Assembly: GCA_031270845.1 (NCBI GenBank)
Contig: JAISXF010000032.1
Location: forward strand, 1 to 63,075
DNA from: Prevotellaceae bacterium
Lineage (GTDB): Bacteria; Bacteroidota; Bacteroidia; Bacteroidales; UBA932
DNA: 63,075 nt
Reading direction: 5' to 3'
This document shows positions 1 to 9,900 of the stretch, piece after piece. The translations under genes were made by a program, and so were the position numbers. Position 1 is the first letter of the stretch. Each line of letters starts with the position of its first letter. Below the pieces are notes generated by a model. That model was not told the DNA's origin and made no database searches. It worked only from the letters and a program-made list of their open reading frames with translations.

Positions 1-656
1 GTGCCGAGCGTTTTCATTTTTTCTACCAAAAACGGAATTAACTTTTCCGGCGTCAGCAGGGCTTTTGTTTCCTGATACAGGTAAGTTTTATTTGCCGAGC
101 CGCCGCCTTTGGCAATGCACAGGAACTTGTATTCTGCGCCTTCGACGGCATACAAATCAATTTGCGCCGGCAGATTGCAGCCGGTATTTTTTTCGTCGTA
201 CATCGTCAGTGGAACGTTTTGCGAATAGCGCAAATTTTCTTCGGTGTAAGTTTTGTACACGCCCAGCGACAGCGCTTCTTCATCGCCGCCGCCTGTCCAC
301 ACTTGTTGCCCTTTTTTGCCGACGATGATTGCCGTGCCGGTATCCTGACAGAAAGGCAACAGCCCTTTCGCCGACACTTCGGCATTGCGCAGGAAAATCA
401 GCGCAACATATTTGTCGTTTTCGCTTGCCTCGGGATCGGCGAGGATGGCGGCAACTTGCCGCTGATGTTCGGGGCGCAGCAAAAAAGCCACATCGCGGAA
501 CGCCGCATTTGCCATAGCCGTCAGTCCTTCGGGCGCTACTTTCAAAATTTCTTTTCCTTCAAATTGCCCGGACAACACGTAATCTTTCGTCAGCAAATAA
601 TACTCGGTCGTGTCTTTCCCCAACGGGAACGGGGGTTGGTAAAAAAAAGTTGCCAT
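1..656 (-). CDS. fumB: Fumarate hydratase, class I (Fe-S type), N-terminal 218 codons; the gene runs off the left edge
   Basis: The reverse complement from ATG at 656-654 reads [110 protein letters not shown]. This is near-colinear with E. coli FumA/FumB as I remember it. It is missing from the ORF track because there is no stop codon inside the window. Confidence 0.85.
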   Translation of the reverse strand, partial: MATFFYQPPFPLGKDTTEYYLLTKDYVLSGQFEGKEILKVAPEGLTAMANAAFRDVAFLLRPEHQRQVAAILADPEASENDKYVALIFLRNAEVSAKGLLPFCQDTGTAIIVGKKGQQVWTGGGDEEALSLGVYKTYTEENLRYSQNVPLTMYDEKNTGCNLPAQIDLYAVEGAEYKFLCIAKGGGSANKTYLYQETKALLTPEKLIPFLVEKMKTLG

Positions 657-689
657 AAAAAATTATTTAAAAAATATTGATTTCATTGT

Positions 690-1776
690 TTAATTATTTG
701 CCGTACTTAAATACGCTTTCATAAATCCGTTGAGTTCGCCGTCGAGGACAGCCTGCGTGTCCGACGATTCGTAGCCGGTGCGGTGGTCTTTCACCAATTT
801 GTAGGGATGCAGCGTATAGCTGCGGATTTGCGAACCCCATTCGATTTTCTTTTTCTGGCCTTCGATTTCGCTTTCCTTTTCGCGACGGCGGCGCAGTTCC
901 AGCTCGTAGAGATGCGACCGGAGGATGCGCAACGCATTCTGCCGGTTGTCCATCTGCGACCGGCTTTCCGTATTTTCGACCGTGATACCGGTCGGGATAT
1001 GCCGCACGCGCACGCCCGTTTCCACCTTATTGACATTCTGACCCCCAGGCCCGCCCGAGCGGAACGTATCCCATTCCAAATCTCCGGCGCTGATTTCAAT
1101 CTGAATACTGTCGTCCACCGCCGGAATAACGAACACCGACGAGAATGTCGTCTGTCGTTTGCCCTGCGCGTTGAACGGCGAGATACGAACCAGCCGGTGC
1201 ACCCCGTTTTCGGCTTTCAGGAACCCGTATGCGTACTCGCCCTCGTATTCAATCGATGCCGACTTAATGCCGGCCTCGTCGCCGTCGAGGACATCGAAGA
1301 CCGTTACTTTATAGCCGTTGCGTTCGCCCCAGCGCACGTACATGCGCAGCAGCATCGCCGACCAGTCGTTGCTTTCGGTGCCGCCGGCGCCGGAATTAAT
1401 TTTCAGGATGGCGCCCATCCCGTCGGCCTCGTCGCCGAGCATGTTGCGCATCTCTAATTCTTCGACGGCGGCCGAAGCGGTAGCGTACTGGGCATCGACA
1501 TCGGCGTTGGCGCCGGCGTCTTCTTTGGCCAGTTCGACCCACACGGCCAGTTCTTCGACGGCATCGGCTACGGCGTGATAGCCGGCAAGGAGCGATTTAA
1601 GCGCCGCGATTTTTTTTAATTGAATTTCGGCGGCTTTCGGGTCGTTCCAAAAGTCGGGCTGGTGTGTTTTCGCGTCTTCCGCGTGTAGAAGCAGGGTATT
1701 GGCATCGACGTCAAAGGCACCCCCTCAACGCCTGTTCACGTTCTTGAAGGTTTTTTAATTGTTCGGCAGTAATCAT
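690..1776 (-). CDS. prfB: Peptide chain release factor 2, made by a programmed +1 frameshift (21 codons in frame 0, then 340 codons)
   Basis: The 690..1544 ORF has the SPF and GGQ motifs (RISPFNAQGKRQTTFSS, RSGGPGGQNVNKVETG). Its frame stays open upstream to 1712. A short frame-0 ORF, ATG 1776 MITAEQLKNLQEREQALRGCL, ends at TGA 1713-1711. The length is 1087 nt = 63+1+1023. Confidence 0.93.
1710..1725 (-). promoter_or_regulatory. prfB autoregulatory +1 frameshift site AGGGGG-TGC-CTT-TGA-C
   Basis: The minus strand reads AGG GGG TGC CTT TGA C. It has a Shine-Dalgarno-like AGGGGG 3 nt before the slippery CTT, then an in-frame TGA followed by C. This is the same architecture as the E. coli prfB site (AGG GGG TAT CTT TGA C). 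Confidence 0.9.
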
Positions 1777-1801
1777 TATTATATATAGCTAAAATTTTCG
1801 C

Positions 1802-1809
1802 CAAAGGTA
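1802..1809 (-). promoter_or_regulatory. Bacteroides-type -7 promoter box TACCTTTG upstream of prfB
   Basis: The plus strand reads caaaggta, which is TACCTTTG on the minus strand, 26 nt upstream of the prfB ATG. It matches the Bacteroides sigma-A consensus TAnnTTTG. Confidence 0.5.
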
Positions 1810-1817
1810 GGCATTTT

Positions 1818-1852
1818 AATTACGAATTACGAATTATGAATTACGAAAAACG
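1818..1852. repeat. Heptamer array AATTACG x5 (variants AATTATG, AAAAACG)
   Basis: Read directly: aattacg aattacg aattatg aattacg aaaaacg. It sits immediately upstream of the prfB -7 box. Confidence 0.95.
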
Positions 1853-1955
1853 GATTTTTTTTTATATTTTATGAAAAATGAAAGCGATTTTATATTTTAA
1901 AAAAATAAAAATCCGAACTCCGAACCGCTACGTTTCTTTTCAAAATCTCAAAATT

Positions 1956-2396
1956 GGACTTCAAAACCCCGCGCGCCGAGTTCCGAGTTCCCAAATTGGA
2001 GTTAATAACTCCAAACTTGGAGTTAATAACTCCGAAATTGGAGTTAATAACTCCTAAATTGGAGTTCGGAACTCCGAAATTGGAGTTAATAACTCCTAAA
2101 TTGGAGTTAAAAGCCTCGCGCGCCGAGTTCCGAACTCCAAATTCCGAGTTCGGAACTCCAAATTCCGAGTTCGGAACTCCAAATTCCGAGTTCGGAACTC
2201 CAAATTCCGAGTTCGGAACACCAAATTCCGAGTTCGGAACACCAAATTCCGAGTTCCGAACTCCAAATTCCGAGTTCGGAACACCAAATTCCGAGTTCGG
2301 AACTCCAAATTCCGAGTTGAAAGCTCCGTGCTCCGATATAAAAACGCGGCGCGCCGACCTCAAAGGTCAGCGCGCCGATATAAAAGGCTCTCGCCT
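1956..2396. repeat. 441-bp tandem array held in one 21-bp register (21 units) with palindromic cores
   Basis: Sub-array A (1998-2102) is GGAGTTAATAACTCCnAAnTT x5, with 7-bp arms GGAGTTA/TAACTCC. Sub-array B (2124-2312) is CGAGTTCGGAACTCCAAATTC x9, with 6-bp arms GAGTTC/GAACTC. Punctuation units ending in GCGCGC lie at 1956, 2103, 2334 and 2355. The register was checked by hand at each unit start. Confidence 0.95.
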
Positions 2397-2412
2397 GCTT
2401 TTTCTTACCTAT

Positions 2413-2482
2413 CGTTCATCGTTCATACTTCATCGTTCATCGTTCATACTTCATACTTCATACTTCATACTTCATCGTTCGG
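2413..2482. repeat. Heptamer array, 10 units (CGTTCAT / ACTTCAT)
   Basis: cgttcat x2, acttcat, cgttcat x2, acttcat x4, cgttcgg. It ends 16 nt before the ubiX stop codon. ACTTCAT is the reverse complement of the ATGAAGT units at 3105-3139. Confidence 0.95.
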
Positions 2483-2497
2483 TACGTTGAACGACCA

Positions 2498-3058
2498 TTA
2501 ATCATTCCATCGTTTTCCGCTGTGCGGCAGTCCGGCGAGCTGCAGTACGCGATCGACGACCGTGGCGGCGGCCTCTTCGACGGTCGCAGGATGGTGGTAG
2601 AACGACGGAGAGGCGGGGCAGATAATCCCGCCGGCGTCGGTCAGGTGCAGCATGTTTTGGAGGTGGATGCGATTGAGGGGCGCCTCGCGCGGCACGACAA
2701 TCAGCCGCCGGCGTTCTTTGAGCATCACGTCGGCGGCGCGCGCGAGCAGGTCGCTGCCCAGTCCGTTGGCTATCCGCGCCAGCGTGCCCATGCTGCACGG
2801 GATGATGATCATCGTATCCGCCGCGGCGGAGCCGGAGGCAAACGGCGCATGGAAGTCGTCATTCGCGTAGCGGCGGAAAAGACCGGCATACGACCGGAAA
2901 CAGGCGTCGCCCAGCTCGTGCCGGAAGACCTCTTCGCCACAGGCCGAAAACACGACGGCTACCTCGACCTCCGCCGGCATCCGCCGGAGGGCATCCATGA
3001 GCTGGCGGGCATAAATCGCCCCGCTCGCGCCGGTAATAGCGACTGTAATATGATGCAT
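2498..3058 (-). CDS. ubiX: Flavin prenyltransferase UbiX
   Basis: 186 aa. MHHITVAITGASGAIYA..MIIIPCSMGTLARIANG..RRRLIVVPREAPLN..ICPASPSFY is typical of the UbiX/Pad1 family. Confidence 0.88.
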   Translation of the reverse strand: MHHITVAITGASGAIYARQLMDALRRMPAEVEVAVVFSACGEEVFRHELGDACFRSYAGLFRRYANDDFHAPFASGSAAADTMIIIPCSMGTLARIANGLGSDLLARAADVMLKERRRLIVVPREAPLNRIHLQNMLHLTDAGGIICPASPSFYHHPATVEEAAATVVDRVLQLAGLPHSGKRWND

Positions 3059-3084
3059 ACTGTATTATTTAGTATAATTTCCCG

Positions 3085-3092
3085 CAAAGATA
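3085..3092 (-). promoter_or_regulatory. -7 box TATCTTTG upstream of ubiX
   Basis: The plus strand reads caaagata. It is 27 nt upstream of the ubiX ATG (3058). The heptamer array begins 13 bp further upstream. Confidence 0.5.
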
Positions 3093-3104
3093 CTATTTTT
3101 AACG

Positions 3105-3322
3105 ATGAAGTATGAAGTATGAAGTATGAAGTATGAAGTATGAACTATGAACTATGAACTATGAACTATGAACGGCGACAAGCGAGCAACCTTATATATT
3201 GTTTGTATCCGTCGGCAGGCCGTTCATAGTTCATAGTTCATACTTCATACTTCATACTTCATACTTCATACTTCATACTTCATACTTCATAGTTCATAGT
3301 TCATAGTTCATAGTTCATAGTT
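3105..3322. repeat. Head-to-head heptamer arrays forming a ~218-bp potential cruciform: (ATGAAGT)5(ATGAACT)5 - 46-bp spacer - (AGTTCAT)3(ACTTCAT)7(AGTTCAT)4
   Basis: The left arm is 3105-3174 and the right arm is 3221-3322. The unit types of the two arms are exact reverse complements. The structure lies between the divergent ubiX and ruvA promoters. Confidence 0.95.
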
Positions 3323-3367
3323 AAAATCGCAAAGCGTAATTTAATTTATCATCTAAAGAAAAAATGC

Positions 3368-3375
3368 TACCTTTG
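3368..3375 (+). promoter_or_regulatory. -7 box TACCTTTG upstream of ruvA
   Basis: gcTACCTTTGcg, 27 nt upstream of ATG 3402. Confidence 0.5.
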
Positions 3376-3401
3376 CGTGCATCTTTTGAACGATACACAT
3401 T

Positions 3402-3983
3402 ATGTATGAATTTATAAAGGGTTTTGTAGCGGAGCTGACGCCGACGTATGTTGTTATTGATACGGGCAGTATGGGTTATACGGTGAATATTTCGCTGCAG
3501 ACGTATGGAAATATCGGGCAGGCACAGCAGGTACGCTTATGGTTGCATCACATTGTACGTGAAGACGCGGAACAGCTCTACGGGTTCTTCGACAGGGAAG
3601 AGCGCGAGGTGTTTCGGTTGCTGGTGGGGGTTTCGGGCGTAGGCCCGAATACGGCGCGGATGGTGCTTTCGTCGCTCTCGTCGGCCGAAGTGCGCAACGC
3701 TATTCAGCACGACGATGCGCGGCGGCTGCAAAGCATTAAGGGCATCGGACTGAAAACCGCCCAGCGGATAGTGGTCGATTTGAAAGACCGTATGGGGAAG
3801 ACGCTGCTCTCGGGCGATGCGGGAGCCGCGCAGCCGCAAAGTGCGCATCAGGAAGCGCTCTCGGCGCTTATTATGCTGGGCTTCGCCAAAGCGCCAGCCG
3901 AAAAGGTCATCCAGTTACTTATCAGGGAAAATACAGCCCACACGGCGGAACAGCTCATTAAAGCCGCCTTGAAGCGATTATAA
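3402..3983 (+). CDS. ruvA: Holliday junction branch migration complex subunit RuvA
   Basis: 193 aa. MYEFIKGFVAELTPTYVVIDTGSMGYTVNISLQTY.., helix-hairpin-helix region LLVGVSGVGPNTARMVLS..IKGIGLKTAQRIVVDLK. Confidence 0.9.
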   Translation: MYEFIKGFVAELTPTYVVIDTGSMGYTVNISLQTYGNIGQAQQVRLWLHHIVREDAEQLYGFFDREEREVFRLLVGVSGVGPNTARMVLSSLSSAEVRNAIQHDDARRLQSIKGIGLKTAQRIVVDLKDRMGKTLLSGDAGAAQPQSAHQEALSALIMLGFAKAPAEKVIQLLIRENTAHTAEQLIKAALKRL

Positions 3984-3988
3984 AAAAG

Positions 3989-6900
3989 ATGAAGGGTTTG
4001 TATCGGTTTTTTGGGATCTGTTTGCTGTGTTGTTCGCTGGCTCCGGCACGGGCGCAGTCGTCGTTATCACCGGAGACGCCGGTGGTAGAGTACGACCCGG
4101 TAACGCACAATTATCTTTATTATCATGCTTACGATACGCGGCGCGCGATGCCCTACAGGGTGTTGAGTTCCGAAGAATACCGGCGCGAGCAGTTTTCGCA
4201 GACGCTGCGCGACGGCTGGGCGCAGCAGCGCAGCGACGGGCAGGGGCGGCTTGGTACAACGGGCGACAATCTTATTCCGTCGAGTTTCCGCATTGGGGTG
4301 AATAACGATGCGTTTGCCAAGATATTCGGTTCGAGTGAAATTGTCATTAATCCGCAGATGTCGGTCAATCTGACCTTCGGCGGCAAGTGGAATTATGCCA
4401 ATAATCCGATTATTGCCGAGCGCTATCGGACGGCATTCAATTTCGATTTTCTGGCGCAAATGCAATTTAACATTACAGGCAATATCGGCGATCGGCTGAA
4501 ATTAAATTTTAATTACAATACCGAAGCGACCTTTGATTTTGAGACTAACCTGAAAATCGAATACGCCGGCAACGAGGATGATATTATCCAGAAAATCGAA
4601 GCGGGGAACATTGCTTTCCCGCTCGACGGTTCGCTCATTACCGGCAGCCAGAGCCTGTTCGGGGGAAAGGTCGATTTACGCTTCGGGAAATTGGATGTGG
4701 CGCTCGTTGCGTCGGTACAGCGGGCACAGTCGAAGACCGTCGAGCTGGTCGGGGGCGGGCAAACCAGCGTCTTCGAGATCAATGCCGACCAGTACGACGC
4801 TAACCGGCACTTTTTCCTGTCGCACTATTTTAAGGAGAACTATGATAAATGGCTTGGGCGTCTGCCGCTGGTGCTTTCGGGTATTAATATCAAACGGATT
4901 GAGGTGTGGGTTACGAATAAAAGCGGGCGTTTTGAAGAGACGCGCAACTTCGTCGCATTTATCGACGACGGCGAGCGCGACCGGATTTATAATACCACGC
5001 TGTTCAACGGCAGCGGCAACGGTCTGCCGTCGTCGAAGAACAGTAACAACCTTTATACGGTAATTAATAAGGATAATATCCGGCAAACGCAGGACGTAAC
5101 GGCCTACCTCACCGGTATGGGTATGCGCAGCGGCAGCGATTTTGAGAAAGTCGAAAATGCCCGCAAGCTCTCGTCAACCGATTATTCGGTCAATACCCAG
5201 TTAGGTTATATCTCCCTGAACGCGGCGCTCAACGCCGATGAAATATTGGCCGTCGCCTATGAATATGAAGCCTTCGGCGTAACCTACAAAGTCGGGGAAC
5301 TCTCTACCGACGGGATTATGTCGCCGGCCATGCTCACGTTAAAGCTGCTGAAGGGAACCAGCTTTTCGCCGAAATTCCCGACGTGGGACTTGATGATGAA
5401 AAACGTATATGCCATCGATGCGTACCGGATCAACCGCGACGATTTTATACTCGACATCATGTACGAAAACGCGGAAGCCGGTACGGCGCTGCCGTATATT
5501 TCGGAAGGCGCGATTGCCGAAAAGCCGCTGCTGCGCGTGCTTAACCTCGATAACCTGAACATGCAGAACGACGCCTCGCCCGATGGCATGTTCGACTTCG
5601 TGGAAGGTATCACCGTGCTCTCGTCGCGGGGGCGGATTATTTTCCCGGTGCGGGAGCCGTTCGGCCGCTACCTTGAGCAGAAAATCGGCGACCCGGTGCT
5701 GGCCGAAAAGTATGTCTATAAAGAATTGTACGATTCGACCCTCACGAAAGCACAAAGCTATGCGGAGAAAAACAAGTTTCGGTTAGTGGGGAGCTACCAG
5801 TCGGAAGGCGGCGATGAAATCCGGCTCGACGCAATGAATGTGCCGCAGGGCTCGGTGGTAGTAACTGCCGGCGGGGTTAAACTGATTGAGGGCGTCGATT
5901 ACGAAGTGAACTATATCGGCGGGACGGTACGCATCCTGAACCGCTCGTATTTAGAGTCGGGCGTGCCGCTGAAGGTGTCGCTCGAAAACAGGGAGCTGTT
6001 CAACCTGCAAACCAAAACCCTCCTTGGGACACGGCTCAAATATACCTTTAACGACCGGTTTTACATCGGCGGCACCCTGCTGCACCTGAGCGAACGGCCG
6101 CTGACGCAAAAAGTCAATTGGGGCGAAGAACCCATTTCCAATACCATTTGGGGATTGAACACCGCCTTCCGTACCGATGTGCCGTGGCTGACCAAAGCGG
6201 TCGATGCCCTGCCGTTTATCGAAACCAAAGCCAACTCAAGCCTGACATTCGACGCGGAGTTTGCCCACTTCCTGCCCGGCCACGCATCGGCTATCGGCTC
6301 GAACGGCGCCGCATTTCTCGACGACTTTGAAGGCAGTCAGTCAACACTCGACCTGCGCAGCCATGCGGCCTGGTCGCTGGCAAGCGTCCCGCAGGGGCAA
6401 AGCCCGCAGTTCCCCGACGGCGACCTGACTGGACTGACTACCGGCTTCAACCGCGCGCTGCTGTCGTGGTTCTACATTTATCCCGATTTTGTCCGCAATA
6501 CTTCATACACGCCCGGCTACATGCGCGCCGACCCGTTCCGCTTCCAGCGAAACTGGTATGTCTGCGAAATCCAAATTAACGACCTTTTCCCCGACCGCGA
6601 GGAAATTATCGGCTCGCCAACCAACCTGCAGGTGCTGAACATGACATACTACCCCGACGAACGCGGCCCATATAATTACAGCACCAATGCCCGCCCCGAC
6701 GGACGGCTGCTGACGCCCGAAAGCCGCTGGGCCGGCGTGCAGCGGCCACTGCCAATCACCGACTTTGAAACGGCCAATTACGATTATATCGAATGCTGGC
6801 TGATGGATCCTTTTGTCTATAACTCGAACGCTACGGGTGGAAAGCTTTATTTCAACCTCGGCAGCATTTCGGAAGATGTCCTGAAAGACGGGCTGAAATC

Positions 6901-9900
6901 GTTTGAAAACGGCTTCAGTAGCCCCGAAGACTCCACGCGCTTTATTTCGACTGCCTGGGGACGCGTACCCAAAGACCCGCAAATCACCCTCACCTTCGAC
7001 AACGATTACGAAAAACGCCAATACCAGGATATAGGCTACGACGGCCTGAACGACGACTACGAAGGCCGGCACTTTGCCGCGTATGTCAATCAGATGCGAG
7101 GGCTTATTTCCAACACCGAAGCGCGTACCCGTATGGAAAACGACCCGTCGAGCGATAACTACCGCTATTATTTAGACCCCGTTTACGATAACACGCAGGC
7201 CGACATCCTCGAGCGCTACAAGTACTACAACGGTACCGACGGCAACTCCCGGCCATCCGCCGGAGGCGACAATACAATGGGCATGATCAATCCCGACATG
7301 GAAGACATGAACCGCGATTATACAATGAACGAAACGGAAAGCTACTACCAGTACGAGTTGAACCTGACGCCGGACAACATGCGTATCGGGAGCAACTACA
7401 TTACGGACATCCGCGAAGTAACCAAAAATGAATTTGACGGCGTGAAGACCGTCCGGTTTTACCAGATAAAAATACCGATTAGCGAAGGCGCAGCCATTGG
7501 CGGCATCTCCGATTTCAAATCCATCCGGTTTATCCGAATGTTTATGCGCGGGTTTGCTGACACAACGGTTTTCCGCTTTGCCACCCTGCAATTAGTGCGC
7601 GGCGAATGGCGGCGCTACAACCAGTCGATGATCGACGGGCAGGAAATACTGGCGCAACCCGAAATGTCGAACGCCGGCTTTGACATATCGGCCGTGAATA
7701 TCGAAGAAAATTCGCACCGGACGCCGGTCAACTATATCCTCCCGCCGGACGCCACGCGCCAGATCGACCCGGGACAGTACCAGGTGCGGCAACTGAACGA
7801 GCAGGCCATGGAATTGCGCATAAGCGACCTGGCCGACGGCGACGCACGGGCGGCCTACAAAAACGTAACCTTCGATTTCCGCAAATACCGCCGGCTAATT
7901 ATGGACGTACACGCCGAAGGAGTACCCGGAAAACCATTGCGCGATAACGACGTGTCGATATTTATCCGCATCGGGAGCGACTACCGTTATAACTACTACG
8001 AATACGAAGTGCCGCTGGTGCTTACGCCGCCGGGATTTTATACCGACAACCAGCGGGAAGCGGTGTGGCGCCCCGAAAATAAGGTCGATATTAATCTCGA
8101 CATCCTCACCGACGCCAAACTGGAACGCAACGAATATGTCCGCCGCTTCGGAGGCTCAATTGCCACCGTGTATGAAAAGGCGGACGGCCGCAACAAAGTG
8201 CGCATCGCCGGCAATCCCAACCTCGGGCAGGTGCGGACGGTGATGATAGGCGTGCGCAACGCATCGAAACAGCGCTCGCCGAACGACGACGGGCTGGAGA
8301 AATCGGTTATTGTCTGGGTAAACGAATTGCGTCTGACAAATTTCAACGAATCGAGCGGCTTTGCCGCCAATGCCCGCATTGCCGCCAAATTAGCCGACTT
8401 CGGGAATGTGAGCCTGTCGGGTAACATGCAGACCCCGAACTTCGGTGGACTGGAATCGAAAATGAACGAGCGGTCGATGGATTATATATATCAGTACGAC
8501 GTCATCACCAACTTTGAATTGGGAATGTTCTTCCCCAAAAGCATCGGCGTGCGGCTACCGCTGTTCTTCGGCTTTTCCGAAAACTTTACCAACCCGCAGT
8601 ACTATCCGTTCGACCAGGATGTGCTGTACGACCAGGCCATGCGCGGCATGACCTCCTACGAGCGCGACTCCATCAAGCGGCTGACGCAGGACTATACGCG
8701 CCGCCTGTCGTTCAATGCCACCAACGTGCGGGTATTTGCCAATGCCTCAAACCCGGCGGTGTTCAGCCTCTCGAACCTGACCACAAGCTTTGCCTATACC
8801 CAGGTCTTTGCCCGCAACCCGCGTACCGACCACAAATTGGACGAAACCTACCATTTCAATTTGGGCTATGCTTACAACGTCCAGCCGTTTTATGTCGAAC
8901 CCTTTAAAAAAATCCCCTGGCTACGCTCGCCCTGGCTGCAGCTGATTCGCGAGTTCAACTTTAACCCCTTCCCGAACCAGTTTGCATTTAACGCCGATAT
9001 CTCGCGCACCTACCGCGAAATCCAGTACCGGAGTATCATGGCGCCCGAAGTCGTAATCCCGCCTACTGTATCGAAAGATTTCCTGTGGGACAACAACTAT
9101 TCGTTTGTGTGGGACATCACCCGCTCGATAAAAATCGATTTTATTGCCACCAACCGCGCCCGCATCGACGAGCCGGAAGGCATTATCAATAAACGAATCG
9201 ACCCCGAAGGATACCGCCACTGGCACGATTCGACATGGACAAACTTCTGGAACTTCGGACGCAATGTATTCTACAATCAACAAATCAATGCGCAGTGGAT
9301 GGTGCCGATAAATAAAATCCCGCTGCTCTCGTGGCTCTCGTCGAGTGTGCAGTACAACGCCGGCTACACATGGGAAGCCGCACCGGTACTGAACGACACA
9401 ACCTACGACCCGGGCAATACCATCTCCAACTTCCGAAACATGAGCATCAATGGCAGCATGTCTTTTGAAAGCATTTATAATAAGGTGCCATTCCTGCGCA
9501 ATATCAACAACGAATTTTCGACCCGCGGCCCCACACGTCCCCCCGAAATGGTAAACAAAACCTATGAAAGCCCGAAAATGCGCTTCACCGCCAACCGCCG
9601 CCGGACAATCCGGCATAATTTGAAAACTGCCGATATCCGTACGCAGATTTTCGACGCCAACGGGAAAGAAATACAGGGGCAAGTCGATGTTATCAATAAT
9701 AACACCGTTGCCGTAACCCTGGACGATGACGCTAACGCCGTGATGGTAAAAGTAACCGGCCGCGTACCGAAAAAACAGAACCCCGTCAGCGTGGCCGCCA
9801 AAACGCTGCTGCGCGTAGCGATGATGTTGCGTAACATATCGGTCAGCTACAGCAGCAACGACGCCTCAACACTGCCCGGCTTCAAACCCTACGCACAGAT

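Noticed and set aside
1890-2490. Track ORFs of 157, 178 and 70 aa running through the 21-bp array on both strands (NSEFGVP / PNSEFGT heptapeptide repeats).
   Set aside because: They are open only because the repeat period is a multiple of 3. Several overlapping frames on both strands are open at once. They lack a promoter-box/start context and have purely repetitive composition.
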